Shown here: one piece after another, positions 34,820 through 46,905 of the stretch
Numbering within the stretch: position 1 is the first letter of the stretch
Layout: the number at the start of each line of letters is the position of its first letter
Assembly: GCF_009914755.1 (NCBI RefSeq)
Contig: NC_060926.1
DNA: 64,000 bases
Source of the DNA: the human T2T-CHM13v2.0 reference genome, Homo sapiens
Reading direction: 5' to 3' (one strand)
The notes under the pieces: generated by a model
Database searches by the model: none
Told to the model about the DNA's origin: nothing
What the model saw: only the letters and a program-made list of their open reading frames with translations
Position numbers and translations under genes: made by a program

Positions 34820-35010
34820 TGTCATTAACAGTACCTACTTTGTAAAGCCAGTAACTTTATATATATGATTTATTGTGTTTTCTTATAACCTCCACTTTTA
34901 GATGAAGAAACTGTGGCTCAGAAATTACAAAAAGTGTCTAAGATACTAAGCTAGGAAATGGCAAAGCTTAAGTGCAAAGCAGGTCTACCAAACCCCAACG
35001 CTGAGCTCTT
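34820..35010 (-). mobile_element. MIR
   Basis: ttttagatgaagaaactgtggctcagaa...agctaggaaatggcaaagc. Confidence 0.65.
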
Positions 35011-36424
35011 TTCACTGCACAATCCTTTTTGGACAAGTACTACTTTCATTTGTGAGGAAACTGAGACCCAGCAAAGCAAGGCATCGACCAGGGTGATAAA
35101 CTCAGTGATCTGCTTCCTGGTCCCCAACTGTTGCTCCAAACTTTCTCCTCCTTCCTATTTTCTGACAAAATCTTTCTAGGCGATGGTGGTCTCCACAGAT
35201 GATGCCTATCTGTCTGCGTGTGTGGCAGGCACAGCTCTCATGAATGCTCTTGGATAAGGATGCACAGTCATCTGCATGCCTGTCCCTTGCTCAATGCAGC
35301 CTCTGGCAGGAAGGTAAGAAGTAGGAGCTCCAGGGCCGTGCTTGTGCAGGGAGCCCTTGGTGTCCTTGTGTCCTGGCTTTTACCTTGTTCTTATATTTCT
35401 TGGTCCTAGTCTAATGCAAGTTGTCCATTTAAGCCTCTGACTCTAGATTTTCTCTTTCGCTTCTGAGTTAGACTTTCTTTCTTCCTACTGAAGCCCAGAA
35501 GGGACAAAGTCTCTTGGGCTTTTCCTCTTTTTGGAGGTTTGTTCATCCCGTTGGGGCTGTCAAAACTTTAAGCAAGTGGAATGTGGAGGCAGAGCTTTCT
35601 CCCACAAAAGACTGTGGTTCAACCAGTCTGGTTCCTGAAAAGTGGGGCATAAGATGACACCCAAGGGGATACATCTGATAAGGGAGGGGACAAAAGTCCA
35701 GAAAAAATGATTCCAGGCACATACGAATGTTTTGTGTGTGGGTGTGTGCATGCGTCGGGGGTGCTGGTAGCTTTAATAGAGAACCTGAGGACTAAGACTG
35801 GCAAATAAATGCTGACCAAAGTCCCCAGTTGTATAAAAGTCATGCGTATTTCCACAGGTAGCCAGTGCCCTGGATGACAGGTCTGGATGACCCAAGAAAA
35901 TGAGAACAGGAGGGCCTGGCTACACCTGACATTACTGCAGGGGCATGCTGGAACCTCGGCCCTTGGGCATAGGTCAACCAAAACGTACTGCAAAACACAG
36001 CTGGTTTGTGAACTTGTGGCTCTTTATAGTCTGCCCTATTTGATTCCCATTGGTTCCAGAAGGCAGCGTAGGCAGCCCTCAGATGGATGCTTATTGTGAA
36101 CACCAGTGGTGTCACAGAAAGGGGTGAAGCCAGTCGGCACTGTCAAATGTCTGTGAAAGCCCTAGGCAGTGCCTGGCTAGTGTTCAGTAAGAGTTTGTTA
36201 CACACAGAAACTAGCTGTGGCAGGAGATTATACATCTGTATAAATATTGAAATATATCTATGTCTTTCTGTGTGATCAGATCGTGCATAAAGGGATTATG
36301 ATCAGCTGTAGATGTGTGGTTTTCCCTGATGGACTGTGGATCCATTCCCTTATCTATGACTCATCCCTGTTCTCTAACACAGCAAAAGGTCTCAGGCTTC
36401 ATTTTTCTATAAAAGGTTTGCTTA

Positions 36425-36702
<278 letters not shown>

Positions 36703-37017
36703 TTACTTAGCTGAGCTGCGGATATTGTTTAAATGCTTACATTATTACGTTGTGTTATGATCTGTTTATCATGTTGAGGCATGTGGTTTGAGAATCTTCG
36801 TTGTGGAAGGTTTGAATTTTTAAATGAAGAATTAAGAGTTTCTCCCTAGGTTATGTGGGCCATGACATATTTCTGGGTGAGGAAACAGCATGATGAAAGC
36901 CATCCTTGGAACCCAGCTTCCTACATTTCTTATCCTTAAAAGGCATTCTGATCCCTGTGGCTGACTTTTGCCCCCTGCCTTCGTCTTGGACATTTGGTCT
37001 TAGTTTTTGCTTATTAC

Positions 37018-37462
37018 TGTATTATTTGCGTAGGGCTGCTGTAACAAACAACCACAAACTGGATAGCTTAAAGCAACAGGAAATTATTCTTTCACAGTTC
37101 TGGAGGCCATAAGTACAAAGTCAAGGTGTCTGCAGGGCCATGTTCTCTCTTAAGGCTCTAGGAGTCCTTCTTTGCCTCTTCCTAGTTTCTGGTTGCTGGC
37201 TGGCAATTCTTGGCAATCCTTGGCTTGTAGCTGTGTCACTGCAATTTTGGCTTCTGTCTTCACATGTCTGTCTTCAATTATGTTTATGTGTTCATGTGGA
37301 TTTCTTATAAGGGCACCAGTCACTGTATATAGGGCCCACTCTACTCCAGTATGACTTCGTCTTAATTAATTACATTTATGATGAGCCTATTTTTAAATAA
37401 GGTCACATGCTGAGGTTCTGGGTGGACATGAATTTTGGAGGGACATCATTCAACCCAGTACA
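37018..37462 (-). mobile_element. MLT1B/C-like MaLR solo LTR
   Basis: tgtatt...agggctgctgtaacaaa...cacagttctggaggcc...aaataaggtcacat...attcaacccagtaca. Confidence 0.85.
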
Positions 37463-37801
37463 CTTACAGGTCTCTGGAATATGGATCTATTACTTTTTGT
37501 AGGGACTCATATCTCTGCTCCCTAACTCAGGTTTTACAAGAATAAAGTTTTACAGAAGTACATCCCCCAGTCTGAAATCTGGAGGAGTTCAGAATTTGAG
37601 TAACTGGGTCTGTCCCTGGTATTGCTATAATTAGGTTACCTTTATTCCTTTATGAATCATTAACTTTGAAAACTGCTGGTTCTATCTGTGACAACCAGTG
37701 ATACATCATCTTTAACCAGTCTGTACCACCATAAAAAAAAATGTTGCTTAAGTCCTAATTTATTGCTCCACGACACAAATGGTGCATCTCTTACAAACTC
37801 A

Positions 37802-38044
<243 letters not shown>

Positions 38045-40249
38045 TTAGAGATTATTATTTTCTGTTTCAGGACAAATCCACGAATTTGGCCTATTCATGT
38101 TAGCTATAGTGAGATGATGCCTCTCTTGTCCATAAAACTTGAATACCCGGGTGTCATAAGTGATTTTTCTGAAGTTAATTTTTCCCATACTTTGAGTTAT
38201 CAGTTTCTGACGTGCTGGTGTGCATTTCAGTTGAGGTTTTATTACATTGTGTTGGCAGCACATTATGTTTTTTACACATGGATTTGATTGAGAAATGAAA
38301 CTGGAATAAGAATGAGGTAGCAGCAGCATCTGCTGGAAGACTCAACTATTGCTGTTGTCAATCAGCCTGATTGATTAAATATGGTGATACACATCTTTAT
38401 TAAAATGAAATACTTCTTTTGAAAAAATACCATTATGCCAATAAATTATATGATTTTCCTGAAGAATGTGTCTGAGGAAGTGGTCTGTTGGTGGAGCACG
38501 ATAACTCTAGATAGCTGTGACAAATAGGAGAGTTCAGATTAGATCTGGCTGATTTTGCAAATGGAATTTGTTTTTTTTTTTTTGTTTTTTTTTTTTGCAT
38601 ATGGAAGAAGTGAACCAGCATTTTGGGAGACTAAACCGTGTGGGAAGGTTGGAGTTTGACTGGATCCCCAAACATTGTCCCTTAATTTCTTGATATCCTG
38701 TGGTCTACTTGGTTTTAAGTCATCTGGTGTCACCCAGACCTTCTTTGAAATAAGAGAAAACATCCCGATAAACTGAAGTTTCATTGCTTTCATTTTTAAC
38801 TCAAACCCATTTTAGTTAGCTGCCATTTTACAAATCTGGAAAACTGAAATCCAGAGATGAGAACAGGGATTCTTGAGAATAAGAGTGGATGGATTATTTC
38901 ACTGACGTGGATCAGTACCCAGCAAACATTATCCCTGCCTGCAAAACTCTGAAATTTGTAGGAACTTCAAAGAGGAGGTGGTGAGAAGTCGAGTATTTGA
39001 TCATTATGAGCCCAAAGAGGTAAAACAGAAAATCTGGACTGCTTCTTGGAGGGAAAAACCAATGACTTCATTGGTCCAGTTCAATTTTAATTTGGATGAT
39101 TTTTAGTCTTGTTATGGTCACTCTGGTCTCCTTGGCTGGGGCTGAGTCTTCTCAGAGTGTTGATGATTCACATTGGCTCAGGTCAGCCAAAATTCCAGGG
39201 ACACCCCTGGCTCCAACCGAAAAAAATGTCTCCTGTTAGAATCCAAAAAGGTGTTGCATTGATGTAAAATGCAGAGTTTCAAAAGAGGGCTTTTCAAGCA
39301 AGTAAGTGGACAATAAGAAAGGAAAAGCATTTTAGAGTAATTCCTTCAGCACACAGAATGCTTCTACCGCAGGACTTGTGTCAAGACTCGTCTTGTAGGA
39401 TTGAGATATTTTCAGCTGTATCTAATTTAAGTTTCAGCTTTTCCTTACAGATGGATTGCTCCTGAAACAATCTTTCTCACTGCCCTCCCCATCCCTGTCT
39501 TCTAAAGCCTGTTTGTAGATTTGGGGATTGCTAACAGATTTTAAGAAGAGCCAGAAATCTCTGAAATACCATACAGCTGAAAGCCAAAACTAGGAACATT
39601 TGAGAACTTGATTTAATTTTTTTTCAAGGGGTGGTCTCAAGCTCTCAGCCAGATTTCTTCTCTGGACTCAGCCATGAAGGTTGAAAACTCCACAGAGATT
39701 TGCAGGTTGAAAGTTGGAGTTTCTGTAGTATACAAAGGCTTCCTTTCAGGGGGTGACCTTTTCTCTTTATTCATTTTCTTCATTTTCTTCTTGGCATCTT
39801 GTCAATGCCAGATCCATGAACAGGGCCCACTAGATGAATAGCAGGAGCAGAATATTCAGCACACAGTCATCCTGGTTTTCCAGCCAGGAGTCTAGAGCTG
39901 TGCTGTCATTGGAGATCAGGAAAAGGCAGAGCATCAGTACTAGATGGGCAGTATGCAGGCAGACATGTGGGCAAAAAGCAAACCAAAGTTCAGGAGTCCT
40001 GCAAGCCATGCAAGTTGGGTCAGACTTCATCAATCCAAACACTTCTGGGACCTGATTCAAGACAAAAAGTCTAGTGGGTAAGTGCATGAATCAGTCCCAC
40101 CTCTAATGCAAAGTTCTAATTCAGTATCTCTACCTTTGCGCAAATAGCTTAATCTTTCCATGTATTACTTTCTTCATTGGTAGTGGAGATTACACGTCTT
40201 ATAGAGTTATTGGGAAGGTACAATGAAGTAATGCTCTCTTCTCATCAAA

Positions 40250-40830
40250 ATTCCTACCCTACGAGTAGCCACTATTCTGACTTCTAGCAGCAGAGATTAA
40301 ATTTGTTTGCTTTTGGGCTGTATGTAAGTGTAACCATGTACCACATGCTCCTTTGTGTCTGGCTTCTTTCAGTCAGCATTTGTTTATGAGGTTCATTCAT
40401 ACTGAGTCCTGTACATGGAGTTTATTCACTCTCACTTCCTATAGTATTTCATCATGTGACTACATCACTATGTTCATTGTTGGAGGATATTCAGGTTGTT
40501 TCCCATTTAGGGATATTGTGAATAGTGCTTCTGTGAACACCCTTGGACATGTCTCTTCATGGACCTGTGTAGTTTTTTCTCTCGAGCATATCCCTAAGAA
40601 TGGCATTGCTGGGTCAGCTATGGAAGAGGCTGTCAGTTTTTCGAAAGTGATGACCAGTTACTCTACCAGTAATGTTTGTGAATTTCAGTTGCTCTACATC
40701 TTCCCCATCACTTGATATTGCCTCTGTTGTTTTAATCTTTCTAGTAGTTCTAGTATACTGCACTATGGATTTAAATTTGTACTTCCTTGGTGACAAATAG
40801 AGTTGGGCATATTTTTTGCTTGGAAATCTA
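40250..40830 (-). mobile_element. Old L1ME-like 3' fragment (preceded by a MIR piece ~40090-40235)
   Basis: ccactattctgacttcta...tgtgtctggcttcttt...attgctgggtca...ctctacatcttccccatcacttgatatt. Confidence 0.7.
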
Positions 40831-40999
40831 TAGCTCAGAAAAGCTAAAGTTCTCTCCAAAGATGTACAGTTATAAATGGCGGTTCTTATGACACCCTATG
40901 CCAACACTGCTTTTGTAAACTGAGGTGTGGGTTTAGGTCATAATGATTAGTGTGGGGGAGGCAAGTGTTCTTCACACTCTGTATCACCTCTTTGCATCT

Positions 41000-41260
41000 T
41001 GAGCAGTACTTTTCTATTCTGGGCCCTGCATTTTAAGAGGGATGTGGGTGAACAAGGTGATGTTCACCGGGGAGTGATCAGGTCAGCAGTCAGACCGCTA
41101 AGGTCTGACCATCTGATCACCAACCTCAGAAGTGGGTGAAGACAAAGGGGAAAAATTGTTGTCTGATTTGTGGAGGGCTACCTTCTGAAAGAGGGGACAG
41201 GCTAGTTCTGTGGGGTCCATGAGGCAAAATAAAACCTACAGGAGTGAAGTTTACAGGATA
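41000..41260 (+). mobile_element. Possible L3/CR1 fossil
   Basis: ttctgggccctgcattttaagagggat...gagtgaagtttacagg. Confidence 0.4.
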
Positions 41261-42889
41261 GCAAAGTTCAGCCCTTTGCTATCACACTCTTGGTCTGGGG
41301 TTGGCCTAGACAATAAAACCAGGGCAGTTTCCCTGGAAGGCCACAAAATGCTCTCATGCTCATCTAATTTGCATAGATTCATTAGGTTCTGTAAATAGTG
41401 GTTATCTGAGAATACAAATGTCACTCACTTCATAATGTTATCCCTCCCAGTAAATATTTATGGAAACTTCTCAAGACGCAGGGCCTAGACCTGAGTTGCT
41501 CACAAAGGACAGACATAACTAGAGGTCTCCACGTATTCACTGATGAATTCCTGCAAAATTAGGACTTGTAAAACAGAACTAACTGGGGCCAGAACAGGCA
41601 ATCAAACAAGGATAGTTTAAGAAAACCTCTTCTTATGCTCAATGGACTCAGGGTGAGTGAGAGATGCTGACAGCCAGGAGTCAGGCCAAGGCTGCACAAG
41701 GCTAAGGAAGTTTGAGAGGCCTCCGAAAGGACACAGGGAACAATTTGATTTCAAAGGAAGGGATGGCTAAGCAATGGCTATTGGAAAGGAGCAGGAAAGG
41801 CAGGCCAGGCAAAAAAGGGAGAAGAGGTCTGATATTTTTTAGAGGCCGAAAAGAATCAGGTTCAAATGCAAGGGAGATGAAGTCCTTCAGGAAGAGTGCC
41901 ACAGGATGAAGGAAGTGTGAGCAAAGGGGATGGAGGGAGAGAATAAGGAACAAAGGATGGGAGTTATTTCAAGGGATCTGAAAATCCATTTAAACATCAA
42001 ATATTGTCTGTATGCTTGATATATAATGTCACACACAGATATTTATGCTAATTTTTAAATATGTGCAGATGATACTCCGGTTTATATATCTTAAAAATGT
42101 GACACTAGATTCATAGTTGATTTTGTCATGTGTTTTCTCAATCAGTGGATTTTAAAAGTCCAGCTAACAACGTGTATGTCCAACAGGAATTTTTTTGTCA
42201 TGAAAAATGAGCCTTATAGTTGCAACCATTGGTAATCATTAGCCTGGAATATGGTTGTTGGTGTCAATCTACAGAGAACTGGAAATATGCAGAATTAAGT
42301 AGGGGAAAGATAGATGAAGTCCGAAAGGGATTTTGGGTGTCTCACTTATCTCTTCCAGGGCTGAAAATTATCCAGAGAGCTCATGTGATACCTTCCCCTC
42401 CTTCTGGCCAGGGTCAAATCCCATCCATCCAAGGCAGATGACAATCTTTCTAGTTCTCTATCATTATTTGAATTTGTTTCCCAACTTTTTGTGTGTGGAA
42501 ATCACTGCAGTGGATACCATGGAAATACAAAAATAAATAAAATATGTTCCTTGCTCCCTGAAAAGAGAAATGCAGCTATGTACCTGGATCCTTCATTTTG
42601 AAGTGAGTGTCCCTCTCTAGGATGTCTTTACTGAACCTGTGTTTGACCTTTGCAAGACTGTCATGGAGTGGTCTCAGGATTTACATTTTCTTCTCTAGGG
42701 GAACCACGAAAAGACACTTGATGCTTAAAAGACAGGACAGACAAGAGGCTAGATTCTCTCTACACTCTATTGTATTACTATCCATAATATTATTCCAATA
42801 CCAGTGGAGAAATGTAGTAAGGGCACTGAAGGAGCCTAGCTAGAGTCACAACTATGAGAATGACAATGTCTTTCCCCGTTCCCCCCCCA

Positions 42890-42980
42890 AGCACATGTGC
42901 ACACACACATGCACACGTGCATGTACACATGGACACACACATGCACACGTGCATGTACACATGGACACACACACACACAC
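42890..42980. repeat. CA/TG-rich alternating purine-pyrimidine repeat with a 32-bp duplicated unit
   Basis: acacacacatgcacacgtgcatgtacacatgg x2 then (AC)n. Confidence 0.88.
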
Positions 42981-44159
42981 CTTGCAAATTATGCACTTGT
43001 AAAACAAGCTAATCAGTACTCGAATGGGCAAGCAATCAAACAACAACAAAAAGACATTTAAAGGAAAGCTCCTATTTCCTCAGTGACAGGACACACATTA
43101 ACTAAACTTAGCAACAGCTGCTCTGGTAGGAAGATATTTTTCTTTGGGCTGTCAAGAAGTTTTGATTTCCTTTTCCCCCATTCTCCTAGTATATATCTAG
43201 AAAAATTTCTACATGATATCACTATCTCAGCATTAGAGGAGAAGGTTAGGGTAATGCAGGAAATATTCTCCATCACTTTCTGGATGGAATAAGGAGGTCA
43301 TTTAACTTTTCTTATCAGCCTATAAACTCTGGGTACAGGAACACTACCATTCCAAAGAATAGCAGACCTGGAAAGAAATTTTCCAAAGGTAATAATCTTT
43401 GAGCTGAGCTTCGAAGAATAAAATCTGCCATACCTTCCATCACAGCCTGGTCTATATTACTAGCTCAATTTGTGGTTATTCACCGATTGAATTAATATGA
43501 CCAAAAAAGACACACACATATGTATATTTAACAGAAAGATAGTGCCATGCATATATGAAAATAAAAGGGGAAGCATGAAGGATATTCAAGGTTGGTAGCA
43601 GGCTTAGTGATGCTTTGTACTGATTAAGCCAAGGAAAGTGAGAAGTTAAATTGGCCTCAGAGGATCAAAAGGCCATATGTGCTGGGATGGATCCAAAAGC
43701 TATTCCATGGAATTGAAAAGGGAGAAAGGTCTGTTGTTTGGGAAGAGTGAGAAAGACAGCCCAACTGGAGAGATGGTTTCTCGCTAAAGAGCAGTATGAT
43801 ATATTCAAAATAATTTATTAAATACTTACAAGATACAACAAAAAATGAGATGACTCCTGTCCACAAGGAACTCCTAGTCTGATGTAAGAGATAAGTGCAA
43901 AAGCACACAAATTAGAATACAGGGAGATAAATGCTGAAATAGGATAGACATAATGTTTTATGAGCTTATGTAGAATGGCCACTAACCCCATCTGTCCTTA
44001 GGTAAGAAAAGGCTCCTCTAGAAGTCAGTCAAGCAGAGAATGTAAAATGGTTTTCCTGGCAGAGGAAATTGCATGTGTATGAGAGAGTACGATAAGTTAT
44101 GGTAGAGTTTCTTAATTATGATTACATATTACAGCCAACTGGGGGACTTTAAAAATAAC

Positions 44160-46905
44160 CAATCAACTTCTACTTCTGGCTATGATAAAATAGCTTCTAT
44201 GAGAATATATTTCCCCTTGAGAACAACTATAAAAGCTTTATAAAAATAAAAAAGCAAACTACTCCTTGAAGGCATTGGAGAACAACCAAAGCAGCCAGGC
44301 CTTGAGGGGCCATGATCCTGAAGAAAAGTCAAGCTCAATATTTTCTGATGCTTTCATTTTTGAGGTATTGGCTGATTTACAAGCAGAACAAGGCCAAGAG
44401 ATTGAGAGAGAAGCAATGAATCAGAATTTTTGGCAATCTCGTGGGCAAAATTTGGAGTTCAGGGCTACTAAGGCAGATGTGGACTTGGAAAATTAGGATC
44501 CCAGAGAAAAGAGAACCTCAGAGAAGTGACCCCTCTATTCTGCCTTGCTTTCACCTGAGGTATTTGCCAGTTTCTAAGTTGCATGGGCCAACATAAAGAG
44601 ACTATAAGCAACAAAGCAACACAGGACTTTCTGCAATCTCATGGTACTGCAGGGAGATGTAGAAATCAGTGGAGTTCAGGATACAACAAGTAAGAGTAAC
44701 CCTGTAAAAACTAAGGCCTTCACTTGAGATGTCTAAAGGATATACCTCAGAATTAAGGGCAGACCTAGTATAGATGAGCCCTTATGAAAACCAAAATCAA
44801 GTCTTGAATCATCTCAATCATTGCTCAGGCAGGTGATTTTTTTTCAACTTTCACTGCCAGCCAGAAGAAAATTAAAATTTCTCTGGAGAAAGATAACATC
44901 ACCCAAATCTACAATTTCTTATACATAATGCTCAGCATTCAGTTAAAAATCACTAAACATGCCAGAAAGGGAAGCAAGAGAAAGAAACAGACAATAGAAG
45001 CAGCCAATCTCAAGCATTACTCAGGCAGGTGGTTTTTTTTCTAGTTTAACTGCCAGCCAGAAGAAAATTAAAATTTCTCTGGAGAAAGATAACATCACCC
45101 AAATCTACAATTTCTTATACATAATGTTCAGCATTCAGTTAAAAATCACTAGACATGCCAGAAAGAGAAGCAAGAGAAAGAAATACACAATAGAAGCAGC
45201 CCCACAGGCAATTCAGATACAAAGGTATTGGACACAGTCTTTAACTATAATTAATATAATTAAAAATTATATTAATTATAAAAATTAATGGAATACTATG
45301 AATTAATATGCAAAAATTAAATGACAACAGAGAATTTCACCAGAGATCTGGAATCTATAAATAAGAATTAAATGAAATTTCTACAACTGAAAACTACAGC
45401 AACTGAAATATGTAACTCAGATGAACTTGACAGAAAAATAGACATACCGGGAAAAATTATTAGAGAACTTAAGTGTAGACCAGTTGAAGATGTCACAATG
45501 AAACACAAAGGAAAAAAAGTTTGGAAACCACCAAAAAAAAGGGCATAAGAGACATATGGGACATGGTGAAAAATTTTAATATACCTCTAAGTGTAAACTA
45601 TGAAAGAGAAGAGAGGATGAGACAGAGGCAACATTCTCAGAGATACTCTCTGAGGGTTTTCCAAAACTGATGAAAATTATTCAGCCACAAATTCAGTAAA
45701 CACTGCAAACTTCAAGTAGAATGAATATACATAAAACCATATGAGGAACACCCTAGTCAAATGGCTTAAAATCAAAGACAAGAGAAAATCTTAAAAGAGG
45801 CCATATTGAAAAGTTACATTAACCTTTAAGAAGCAGCGATAAGACTGACAGTTAACTTTTCAACAGAAATACTGAAAGCCAAAAGGACAACTGGGTGAGA
45901 TGTTTAACATGCAGAAAGAAAATATTTTCTATTCTAGATTTTTATACCCACCAAAACATCCTTCAAATATGAAGGCAAAATGAAGACATTTTTAAACAAA
46001 CAAAAGTTGAGAGAATTTGCTACCAGCTGATACACTAAAGTAAAAACTGAAAGGAGTTCTTTAGCTAACAGAAAAGATCTCAGATGGAAGCACAGAAATG
46101 TCAGAGGAAATGACGGCAGTACAAAAGGTAAATACATGTATAAATTAAATGAATATTTACTGGGATATTATCACTAAGATAAAGAAAAAAACTAAATGAA
46201 TATTTACTATGTATTATAACAACCACAAAATAATGTCTTTGGAGTTTAAAAGTATGTAGAATTTAAAATGCCTGAAAATGATAGCATGAAAGTAGAAACA
46301 AACATAAACAGTGTTAAAGTAGTTTAAGATTGTTGCATTATTAAGAAATAGTAAAAGTATCAATCTATAGTAGATTAATAAATACAAAATAGAACCAATG
46401 CACTTCCATTAAAAATCCCATGGATTTTAATAAATTGGCAGGCTGATTCTAAAATGTATATAACTTCCTATGGCGTAAAAATAAGAAAGACAATCTGTAA
46501 GAAGGACAAAGCTGGAAGACTTACATTGTATTAAAACTTACTGTAAAGCTACAGTAAATATGTTAGATGGTATTGGTACAACGATAGACAAATAAACCAT
46601 TGAAAAGAATAAAGAATTTATAAACAAACTTACACATACATTATCACTTGACTTGTGAGAAAGAAAGAATTGTCTTATCAACAATTGGTTCTACAATAGT
46701 TAAATATCCATTTGGAGGAAAAATTAATTCTTACCTTATATCACATGCAAAAATTCTATTCATGTAGATTGTAGATCCAAATATGAAAGATAGACAATAA
46801 ATACAACAGAAAATAATATGGCAGAATATTACCTTGTGTAGCAAATATTTTAAAAATAGGATATAAAACCATAACAAAATATTGACAAATTAGACTCCAT
46901 TAAAA
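44160..46905 (+). mobile_element. Ancient L1M (5'/ORF1 region plus ORF2 remnant); likely continues at ~56120-57150
   Basis: acttctacttctggc start, A-rich ORF1-like (aagactgacagttaacttttcaacagaaa), ORF2-like (gctgattctaaaatgtata, aaagctacagta). Confidence 0.65.
44811..45201. repeat. Diverged ~196-bp tandem duplication (44811-45005, 45007-45201)
   Basis: atctcaa...actgccagccagaagaaaattaaaatttctctgg...aatagaagcagcc twice, scattered substitutions. Confidence 0.93.
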
